14,048 bases of DNA, from the NCBI RefSeq assembly GCF_029504745.1, contig NZ_JAQFIQ010000054.1, positions 1-14,048 on the forward strand, read 5' to 3'. The stretch is from Breznakia sp. PF5-3 (GTDB lineage: Bacteria > Bacillota_I > Bacilli_A > Erysipelotrichales > Erysipelotrichaceae). The translations under genes were made by a program, and so were the position numbers. Shown piece after piece: positions 1 through 6,222 of the stretch; the stretch's first letter is position 1, and the number at the start of each line of letters is the position of its first letter. The notes beneath the pieces are model-generated. The model made no database searches, was not told where the DNA came from, and saw only the letters and a list, made by a program, of their open reading frames with translations.

Positions 1-266
1 TTTAATTTTAAAAATTTTCTAAAAACAAAAAAATGGAATGTTAAGTAATTTCGCATAATAAAAAAACAGTAAAAAATATATAAAAAAAGATATATATTTT
101 TTTAAATCGAATATTTTGAAATTTAAGAAAAGATAGGGAAAAGAAATATCTTACAAAACTTCAAGAACAGTACTTGATATTAAATCATTATATTTAATAT
201 GATTTCGTAGAAATCGTTTTCTTGTGTGAGAAGTTTAGTGTATAATATTGCTTAGGAGGAAGGTGT

Positions 267-947
267 ATGCTGAAAATTGTTATTGTTGAACAAGAGAAAA
301 TAGCAAAAGATGCAATTTTCATGATGCGTAAAATTTTAAAGGAAGATTTCACGTTTGTGTTTTATGAAAAAATTGTTGATCTTGTAAAAGATCCAACGAA
401 AGATTATGATGTAATCATATTAAACGAAGCATATAACAATGTACGAATTACCAGTGCACTGAATTTTGAAAAAACAAATAGTATTTTTATTTATTTATGT
501 CATGATGGATATGCAAATGTTAATAATTTATATGGAAGGGTATTTTCAATTCATCGTGAAAATTTGGAGAATGAATTAATGGATCTTCAAAATTTGATTA
601 ATAGTCGTTTGTTGAAACATAGTGAATACCTATTTTCATACAATGGAATTACTTTGCGTTTAAAGTTTCATGATATTTATTATATTGAAAAAGAAGATAA
701 GAACTTAATCTACTACACCAAAAAAGGTGAGTTCTATGAACGTGGTAGTGTTACAAAAAAAGCACATGAGTTTGAAGAATATGATTTTGTTCGTATCAAT
801 AGTGGTATCTTGGTAAATTATGAATACATTTTTAAAATTGAGGGTGATGAGTTAGAGCTTAATAATCATATGCGATTGCCAATTTCACGTTCTCGTAAGC
901 CTAAATTGCTAGAATTCATTCGTAAGAAAACCGATCTTTCCAAATAA
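267..947 (+). CDS. LytTR-family DNA-binding regulator with a degenerate (pseudo-)receiver N-terminal domain
   Basis: AGGAGG at 254-259 lies 7 nt upstream of the ATG at 267. The C-terminal ~100 aa (ITLRLKFHDIYYIEKEDKNLIYYT...FVRINSGILVNYEYI...LPISRSRKPKLLEFI) fit the LytTR pattern. The N-terminus has a CheY-like beta-alpha layout, but the acidic pair reads EQ (MLKIVIVEQE) and the phospho-acceptor position reads N53 (DVIILNEAY). Confidence 0.8.
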   Translation: MLKIVIVEQEKIAKDAIFMMRKILKEDFTFVFYEKIVDLVKDPTKDYDVIILNEAYNNVRITSALNFEKTNSIFIYLCHDGYANVNNLYGRVFSIHRENLENELMDLQNLINSRLLKHSEYLFSYNGITLRLKFHDIYYIEKEDKNLIYYTKKGEFYERGSVTKKAHEFEEYDFVRINSGILVNYEYIFKIEGDELELNNHMRLPISRSRKPKLLEFIRKKTDLSK

Positions 948-953
948 CTTACC

Positions 954-989
954 AAAAAAGCCAATGCTCTTAACATATGGCTTTTTTTT
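954..989 (+). terminator. Rho-independent terminator of the LytTR gene
   Basis: AAAAAAGCCA (954-963) pairs with TGGCTTTTTT (978-987). An inner ATG/CAT pairing extends the stem, and the T run continues to 989. It begins 7 nt after the stop codon. Confidence 0.5.
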
Positions 990-997
990 ATTATAAT
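970..997 (+). promoter_or_regulatory. Candidate sigma-A promoter (TTAACA, 16 nt spacer, TATAAT) facing the ORF-free spacer
   Basis: TTAACA sits at 970-975 and TATAAT at 992-997 with a 16-nt spacer. No ORF follows for about 500 nt. AT-rich DNA produces such matches by chance. Confidence 0.25.
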
Positions 998-1447
998 ATA
1001 GGTAAGCAAGAAGAAGGAAATTGGGTAAAATATTCATTTAATTATAGAAAGGACTGAGACCAATGGGAAAGTAAGTGAGTTGAATGAAAAAGATTATAAA
1101 ATAAAATGATAGAGCAATAGGAATATATAATAGTAATATTGTTATGTAGGCATTATCCACTATATTTTATAAGGTGAATATATTCAACGAAAAGAAAATT
1201 AGTTTTGGAGTATTACGATATTATTACATAAGCGCTGTAACAATGGCAAGAAAGAAAAAAGGATAAACATGATAATAGTAAATTTTTATCACATGTGTAT
1301 GAGTAATTGAAGAAGAAAGTACAAAGGAAAAGGAAATGTGGTAAAGGTAAAGTAAGAAACAAATATTAGATAAATAGTAATTTATCTGCAAAACTCTTGA
1401 AATAGGGTTATTATAGAAGGAGAAAAATTTGGAAAACATAAATTGTT

Positions 1448-1499
1448 AATAGGACTCGTTATTAGAAGAAATAATAATGGGTCCTATTTTTATGTTTTT
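1448..1499. terminator. Long hairpin with T-rich flanks on both strands (bidirectional-type terminator)
   Basis: AATAGGAC-TCG-TTATTA (1448-1464), loop GAAGAAA, then TAATAA-TGG-GTCCTATT (1472-1488) give a 17-bp stem including two G-U pairs. TTTATGTTTTT follows it. The upstream flank AAAACATAAA (1433-1442) is the reverse complement of TTTATGTTTT (1489-1498). Confidence 0.55.
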
Positions 1500-1520
1500 G
1501 ATATCATAATGTATGATTTA

Positions 1521-1529
1521 TGATATAAT
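1521..1529 (+). promoter_or_regulatory. Extended -10 element (TGaTATAAT) upstream of rsmG
   Basis: TGATATAAT at 1521-1529 lies about 25 nt upstream of the rsmG start. The possible -35 TTGATA at 1498-1503 has a long 20-nt spacer, so the extended -10 is the main support. Confidence 0.4.
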
Positions 1530-1550
1530 GTAAATCGTAAAGTGAGGGTT

Positions 1551-2276
1551 ATGATGGGAAATAAAAAAAACCAGTTTTATGAAAATTTGAAGGATCATAA
1601 TCAGGCTTTGAGTGAATATCAAAAACAGCAATTTGAAATATATGCAGCTATGTTAGTAGAATGGAATCAAAAGATGAATTTAACAGCAATCAAGGAAGAA
1701 GATGAAATTTATGAAAAACACTTCCTTGATTGTATTTTGATGTCTTATGGTGTGGAAATTCAAGGCACTTTCTGTGATGTTGGTAGTGGAGCAGGTTTTC
1801 CTAGTTTACCATTAAAAATCGTATATCCAGATTTAAAAGTTTGGATTGTAGAGCCATTACAGAAACGTTGTCAGTTTTTAAATGCGTTAGTTGATAAACT
1901 TAAGCTTAATGATGTAATGATTATAAATGCAAGAGCAGAGGATTATGTTAAGGAAAAACGTGAAGCCTTTGATATTGTAAGTGCTAGAGCAGTAGCAAAT
2001 TTAGCAATGTTGTGTGAACTGTGTATCCCATTGACAAAAGTGAATGGCTTGTTTATTGCAATGAAGGGACCAAATGCAAAACAAGAAATAGATGAATCAA
2101 ATGATGCAATAAAGATATTGGGTTGTGAATTGGAAGGTATAAATTTTCAGGATTTAAATGGGAATGAACGGAATAATTTGATTATCCGTAAAGTTTTGCG
2201 TACCCCTAAAAAATATCCTCGTGCATTTGCACAGATAAAGAAACATCCCTTAAGGAGTAAAGGTAGTAATGAGTGA
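1551..2276 (+). CDS. rsmG: 16S rRNA (guanine527-N7)-methyltransferase RsmG (GidB)
   Basis: The protein has the typical RsmG length and motifs (WNQKMNLTAI..., SAM-binding DVGSGAGFPSLPLKI, ARAV...). GAGGG sits at 1544-1548. The start is the ATG at 1551 or 1554, not the GTG at 1542. It lies immediately upstream of noc-soj-spo0J, as is canonical. Confidence 0.9.
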   Translation: MMGNKKNQFYENLKDHNQALSEYQKQQFEIYAAMLVEWNQKMNLTAIKEEDEIYEKHFLDCILMSYGVEIQGTFCDVGSGAGFPSLPLKIVYPDLKVWIVEPLQKRCQFLNALVDKLKLNDVMIINARAEDYVKEKREAFDIVSARAVANLAMLCELCIPLTKVNGLFIAMKGPNAKQEIDESNDAIKILGCELEGINFQDLNGNERNNLIIRKVLRTPKKYPRAFAQIKKHPLRSKGSNE

Positions 2277-3030
2277 AGTAAGAGAGATTAATATTGATGA
2301 AATTGAAATAAATCCTCATCAGCCACGAGTATTTTTTGATCGTGATGCAATTGAGGAGTTGGCTGTGTCAATTAAAGAAAATGGTTTGGTGCAACCACTT
2401 ACGGTTCGGGAAAAGGGAAACCATTATGAATTGATTGCAGGAGAGAGGCGTTTAAGGGCTTGTAAGTATTTAGAATATACAAAAGTTCCTGCATATATTG
2501 TTTCTTCTAGTGATTCTCAAAGTATGTATATGGCACTCATTGAAAATGTTCAAAGAGAGGATCTTAGTTCTATTGAGGAAGCAAAAGCATATCTTAGAAT
2601 TATGCAGTTGAATAATATGACGCAAGGAGAATTATCAGATAAGATTGGAAAATCACAACCATCTATTGCTAATAAGATAAGGTTGTTGAATTTAGATGTT
2701 AATGTACAAAATGCAATTGAATCAAAACTGATTAGTGAACGACATGCAAGAGCTTTATTGTCATTAGACAGCGAAAAACAAAATGAGGTTTTATCTAAGA
2801 TTATAAAAAATAAGTGGACGGTTGCACAAACAGAAAATGCAGTGAAGTCTACGTCAATGAAAAATCAAAAAGAAAAAAGTATCCAAAAAGGATATTCACG
2901 AAATGTTCAGATTGGTGTGAATACGATAAAAAAAGCTTGTGAGATGGTAGAGAAAAGTGGACTGCAAATTTCTTTTGATGAAAAAGAAAGTGCAGAAGAT
3001 GTTATTATAGAAATTCGAATTAAAAAGTAA
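2269..3030 (+). CDS. noc: ParB-family nucleoid-occlusion-type paralog (Noc-like), N-terminally short
   Basis: It carries the ParB N-domain motifs (NPHQPR, LIAGERRLRA), an HTH region (MTQGELSDKIGKSQPSIANKIRLL) and a Noc-style C-terminus (SRNVQIGVNTIKKACEMVEKSGLQ...IEIRIKK). It occupies the canonical position between rsmG and soj. AAGGAG is at 2252-2257. An in-frame TAA at 2251-2253 rules out a longer N-terminus. Confidence 0.8.
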   Translation: MSEVREINIDEIEINPHQPRVFFDRDAIEELAVSIKENGLVQPLTVREKGNHYELIAGERRLRACKYLEYTKVPAYIVSSSDSQSMYMALIENVQREDLSSIEEAKAYLRIMQLNNMTQGELSDKIGKSQPSIANKIRLLNLDVNVQNAIESKLISERHARALLSLDSEKQNEVLSKIIKNKWTVAQTENAVKSTSMKNQKEKSIQKGYSRNVQIGVNTIKKACEMVEKSGLQISFDEKESAEDVIIEIRIKK

Positions 3031-3046
3031 AAGGATGTGGAAGCTT

Positions 3047-3829
3047 ATGGCAAAGATTATTGCAATATCAAATCAAAAAGGTGGCGTAGGGAAGACAACG
3101 ACGGCTATTAATTTAGCGAGTGGTTTGGGCTATCTAGGAAAAAAAGTATTGTTGGTGGATTTTGATCCTCAGGGAAATGCTACACAGGGTGTAGGAGCAA
3201 GTAATGATAATAGCAAATTGAGTGTTTATAATCTTATAATGGAAGATTATGAAGTGAATCAGGTAAAGAAAAAGATTCAAAACCCACCACTTGATTTGGT
3301 ACCAGCAAATATATCTTTAGCTGGGGCTGACTTACAGATGGCACAATACGAAACAGGAAAAGAAGAATTATTAAAAAATAAACTGGATAAGGTGAGAGAT
3401 CAGTATGATTTTATTATCATTGATTGTCCTCCTTCTTTGGGGCTGTTGAATACAAATGCATTAACTGCAGCGGATTCAGTAATCATTCCTGTACAATGTG
3501 AATATTACGCACTGGAAGGTTTGATGCAATTGCTTTTAACGATTCGTTTAGTGCAACAATTATTTAATGAGGATTTAGAGATTGAAGGTGTTGTTTTAAC
3601 CATGTTTGATGCTAGAACGAAACTTTCTTTGGAAGTACAACAAGAGGTTAGAAAACATTTTAAAGAAAAAGTATATAAGTCTTTCATCCCTCGTAATGTT
3701 CGTTTATCTGAATCACCTTCAAGAGGAATGTCAATTTTTGAATATGATGTTCGTTGTGAAGGGGCAAAAGCATATGCGGGATTAGCAGCAGAAGTTGAAA
3801 AGGCAAATCGAGGTGAGAGTCATGAGTGA
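3047..3829 (+). CDS. soj: Chromosome-partitioning ATPase ParA/Soj
   Basis: The protein starts MAKIIAISNQKGGVGKTTT, the deviant Walker A of ParA/Soj, and is Soj-like along its full length. The ATG at 3047 gives the canonical N-terminus, whereas the ORF-track ATG at 3035 has no usable RBS spacing. Confidence 0.92.
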   Translation: MAKIIAISNQKGGVGKTTTAINLASGLGYLGKKVLLVDFDPQGNATQGVGASNDNSKLSVYNLIMEDYEVNQVKKKIQNPPLDLVPANISLAGADLQMAQYETGKEELLKNKLDKVRDQYDFIIIDCPPSLGLLNTNALTAADSVIIPVQCEYYALEGLMQLLLTIRLVQQLFNEDLEIEGVVLTMFDARTKLSLEVQQEVRKHFKEKVYKSFIPRNVRLSESPSRGMSIFEYDVRCEGAKAYAGLAAEVEKANRGESHE

Positions 3830-4694
3830 TAATAAGTTAGGAAAAGGTTTATCTGCTATTTTTGGAGAAAACATTGATGATATTTTAGAGGATATTCAAC
3901 AAGGAAAAGTTGAGGGTATCAATGATACGATGATGATTGATGTGAAAAAGATTAAACCGAATCCTTATCAACCTCGTAAAGAGTTTGATAAGGCTGCTTT
4001 AGAGGAACTTGCACAGTCAATTAAGGTTCATGGTATATTTACACCTATTCTTGTGAAAGAAAGCGTAAAGGGCTATGAATTGATTGCTGGGGAGCGTCGG
4101 TTAAGAGCATCAAAGCTTGCAGGTCTTAAAGAGATTCCTGCTATTGTTGTAGAGTTTAATGATCAACAGATGATGGAAATATCACTGCTAGAAAATATTC
4201 AACGAGAAGATTTAAATGTAATAGAGGAAGCAATTGCATTTTCAAACTTAATTGATAAACTTGGTTATACACAAGAACAACTTGCAAAGCAGGTAGGTAA
4301 GTCAAGAGAACATGTTACAAACCTGTTGAGATTACTAAAACTTCCTGCAAAAGTACAAGAGTATGTGATTGATAAAAAATTAACCATGGGTCATGCAAGA
4401 GCTTTGTTGGCTTTGGATGATAAAGAAGATATTCTTTTGGTAGCAAAACAAACAATCAAAGATAAATTAAGTGTACGTGCAGTTGAGAAACTGATTAAAG
4501 ATATGAAAAGTCCTTATGTGAAGAAAAAGAATACGGATACGCATAATACGGCTTACGATGGTGTAATCAAAACCATCCAAGATAAATTACAAACAAAAGT
4601 AGTTGTTGATGATTCACAATTAATTATTAAATATAAAGGAACAGATGATTTGAATAGAATATTAGAATTATTAGGTTTATTGGAAGAAGAATAA
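3822..4694 (+). CDS. spo0J: Chromosome-partitioning protein ParB/Spo0J
   Basis: The N-terminus MSDNKLGKGLSAIFG is canonical, followed by PNPYQPRK, LIAGERRLRAS, an HTH (YTQEQLAKQVGKSREHVTNLLRLLKL) and the C-terminal dimerisation tail (...DDLNRILELLGL). GAGGTGA lies 7 nt upstream of the ATG at 3822. The start overlaps the soj stop by 8 nt. Confidence 0.92.
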   Translation: MSDNKLGKGLSAIFGENIDDILEDIQQGKVEGINDTMMIDVKKIKPNPYQPRKEFDKAALEELAQSIKVHGIFTPILVKESVKGYELIAGERRLRASKLAGLKEIPAIVVEFNDQQMMEISLLENIQREDLNVIEEAIAFSNLIDKLGYTQEQLAKQVGKSREHVTNLLRLLKLPAKVQEYVIDKKLTMGHARALLALDDKEDILLVAKQTIKDKLSVRAVEKLIKDMKSPYVKKKNTDTHNTAYDGVIKTIQDKLQTKVVVDDSQLIIKYKGTDDLNRILELLGLLEEE

Positions 4695-4705
4695 GGGGAA
4701 CGAAT

Positions 4706-5314
4706 ATGAGTGAAGTAGAAATTCATATTGAAATATACAACTGTAGAAAAAAGATTAGAAGAGCTAAAGTGCTTCTAATCTTTTTAGGTATTGCAATATC
4801 TTTATCCTTACAAGCTGTTATGCCAAGTTTGTTTGGATATCCTTATTTTGTTGAAACATCTAAAAATCATTACCTATATTCTTTATCTTCAGATGCAGGA
4901 TTTCCAGCTGTTGTTTTATGGTTTAGTATTTTATGGTTTGGTATATTATTACCTATTTTTATTTACTATCGCATAGTTGCGAAATTAATGATGAAATATC
5001 TTTCCATCTTATTGGATCAATGTGATAGTATTTTGTTTGAAGATATCATGTCTTATGGATATGAATTCTTAGGGACTTCAACTATTGGAATAACGATGCT
5101 TAAATATTATATAGCAGCTTTAAGTGTGAATAATAAGGATGAAGAGGTGGTTGCATTAATTGAAAAACCAAGTATTTTAAGATATATAAAACGAGATAAA
5201 TATTATTATTTGAATGCTCATCTTTATGTTGCAAAGTGGAGAGAAAATATGGATGAAGTAGATCGATATTATACGTTAATATGTGAATATTTAATGAAAT
5301 CAAAAAGGAAATAA
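4706..5314 (+). CDS. Hypothetical membrane protein (two or three TM segments plus helical-repeat region), as delimited by an in-frame TAA
   Basis: AAGGGGAA is the RBS, and the ATG lies 12 nt after the spo0J stop. Hydrophobic segments are VLLIFLGIAISLSLQAV and FPAVVLWFSILWFGILLPIFIYY. I recognise no family. Confidence 0.6.
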   Translation: MSEVEIHIEIYNCRKKIRRAKVLLIFLGIAISLSLQAVMPSLFGYPYFVETSKNHYLYSLSSDAGFPAVVLWFSILWFGILLPIFIYYRIVAKLMMKYLSILLDQCDSILFEDIMSYGYEFLGTSTIGITMLKYYIAALSVNNKDEEVVALIEKPSILRYIKRDKYYYLNAHLYVAKWRENMDEVDRYYTLICEYLMKSKRK

Positions 5315-5584
5315 GCAAACGATTTATTAAATCGAGAAAAATGTAAATATTATATTTATACAAAAGAATTTGAAAAAGCATTTGATGCAGAAAAGCAAGT
5401 ACAAAATATTGATAGAAAATATAGTATGGTTTGCCACCACTTTTATTTAGCGATATGTTTATATGGACTACAGCGGTTTGAAGAAGCAAAAACTCATTTT
5501 AATATTGTTATTGAAGAGGGAAATACACTTGGTATTGTTGCGCTATCAAAACAGTATATGGAAAAGCTAGTAATTAAAAAATAA
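5315..5584 (+). pseudogene. Stop-free in-frame continuation of the 4706 ORF (TPR-like tail), so the whole 4706-5584 unit looks like one gene interrupted by TAA 5312-5314
   Basis: Hand translation of 5315-5581, in the same frame as 4706, gives 89 sense codons (ANDLLNREKCKYYIYTKEFEKAFDAEKQVQNIDRKYSMVCHHFYLAICLYGLQRFEEAKTHFNIVIEEGNTLGIVALSKQYMEKLVIKK). The stop is at 5582-5584. There is no start or RBS near the 5' end. Confidence 0.5.
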
Positions 5585-5845
5585 CATTACAGCAATGAAA
5601 GAGCAAAAAAATGAAGGAATTGTAAGCGTTTATTATTCAAAAAGCAAAAGAAATTATATAATTCATAATATTACTACTTATGTACCGTTAATAGTGTTCA
5701 TAGAAACTTTTTAGTTAAGAGGGTAGTTGATAATAAGTGTAGAAAAGATATTTGAAAAAGCTACAAGGAATTGATTGGATTTTCAAATGGAAGGGGAACG
5801 CTAATTTAAGTGGTTACGTCATAAGTGTATAAAGGAAGTGAAAAT

Positions 5846-6073
5846 ATGATGTTAAAATCCAATTTAGATATTGTCAACACGAGGGTAACAATATTGCATA
5901 AGCTTCAATCTAAAGTATGTGAAATAAACAATTCATCACAAATATCTAAAAGTACTCTACAATCGATATTACAATCAGTATCATGTGAAAATGATACTTT
6001 TTCTATATTATCTGATTTGGAATCTCATCTGCAAAAGGATGTTGATTATTTCTTGATTATGGCAAAATCTTGA
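5846..6073 (+). CDS. Small (75 aa) Q/S-rich predicted helical protein, function unknown
   Basis: AAAGGAAGTGA (5831-5841) resembles AAGGAGGTGA, with GGAAG 7 nt upstream of the ATG at 5846. I have no confident family assignment, and the surrounding region looks decayed. Confidence 0.35.
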   Translation: MMLKSNLDIVNTRVTILHKLQSKVCEINNSSQISKSTLQSILQSVSCENDTFSILSDLESHLQKDVDYFLIMAKS

Positions 6074-6222
6074 TGATCATGATATAAATGCAATTATTGA
6101 TAACGGGGGCACTGTAGAAGCTGTGTTAAAAATAGTTAATGCTGGAGATATACCAACTCTTCCTAAAAGACAAAAGTCCTATAATGAAGCTTGTAAAGTT
6201 ATATATTAAGGAGGTACAATCA

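Noticed and set aside
346-892. Two exact ATTTCACGTT 10-mers (about 346-355 and 883-892) that match half of the parS consensus TGTTTCACGTGAAACA. I also searched the whole window for parS and for Noc-binding (ATTTCCCGGGAAAT-like) sites.
   Set aside because: Only the left half-site matches and the right halves are unrelated, so neither is a palindromic parS. The one CACGTG core (about 13786) has non-matching flanks, and no CCCGGG core occurs anywhere. I detected no credible parS or NBS by eye, though a proper PWM scan could still find degenerate sites.
1153-1161. A DnaA-box-like TTATCCACT (8/9 match to TTATCCACA), raising the idea of an oriC element next to the partition genes.
   Set aside because: It is a single site. 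Other candidates (for example 1285-1292 TTATCACA and the 7/9 matches inside genes at about 3380 and 9790) are weak and do not cluster. No dnaA or dnaN context is present.
1224-1439. A 71-aa minus-strand ORF in the spacer upstream of rsmG.
   Set aside because: The product is low-complexity and F/S/Y/L-rich, simply the complement of a purine-rich strand. There is no RBS upstream of its ATG, and the start sits directly against the big hairpin. It is at most a fragment of a decayed gene.
1417-1449. A mini-ORF (AAGGAG, 6 nt, then TTG GAA AAC ATA AAT TGT TAA) whose stop touches the foot of the 1448-1488 hairpin, which could be a leader-peptide attenuator for rsmG.
   Set aside because: It has only 6 codons, a TTG start and no alternative anti-terminator pairing that I could find. 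rsmG also has its own extended -10 promoter downstream of the hairpin. I mention it only as a possibility within the spacer finding.
3505-3687. Short antisense or alternative-frame ORFs inside well-supported genes: 3505-3687(-), 4791-4976(+), 6126-6437(-), 6438-6650(-), 7329-7514(-), 8426-8656(-), 10069-10281(+), 10425-10649(+), 10930-11124(+), 11543-11728(+), 12034-12285(-) and 12421-12639(-).
   Set aside because: Every one lies wholly within, or largely overlaps, a CDS with strong family-level evidence in another frame or strand. None has an RBS, and all have composition-driven products.
2274-3829. The possibility that the low GC reflects a Mollicutes-type genetic code (TGA read as Trp).
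   Set aside because: TGA ends rsmG (2274-2276) and soj (3827-3829) at family-typical lengths. Trp in conserved positions is encoded by TGG, and no conserved gene needs read-through of TGA.
5100-5489. A 129-aa minus-strand ORF spanning the in-frame stop region of the membrane/TPR gene.
   Set aside because: It is antisense to a better-supported coding frame, has a low-complexity product and lacks an RBS. It is a typical shadow ORF in AT-rich DNA.
5595-5714. A 39-aa ORF (MKEQKNEGIVSVYYSKSKRNYIIHNITTYVPLIVFIETF) just after the TPR-like tail.
   Set aside because: It has no RBS and no recognisable family, and it lies in a region with several other broken frames. I treat it as part of the decayed stretch rather than as a gene.
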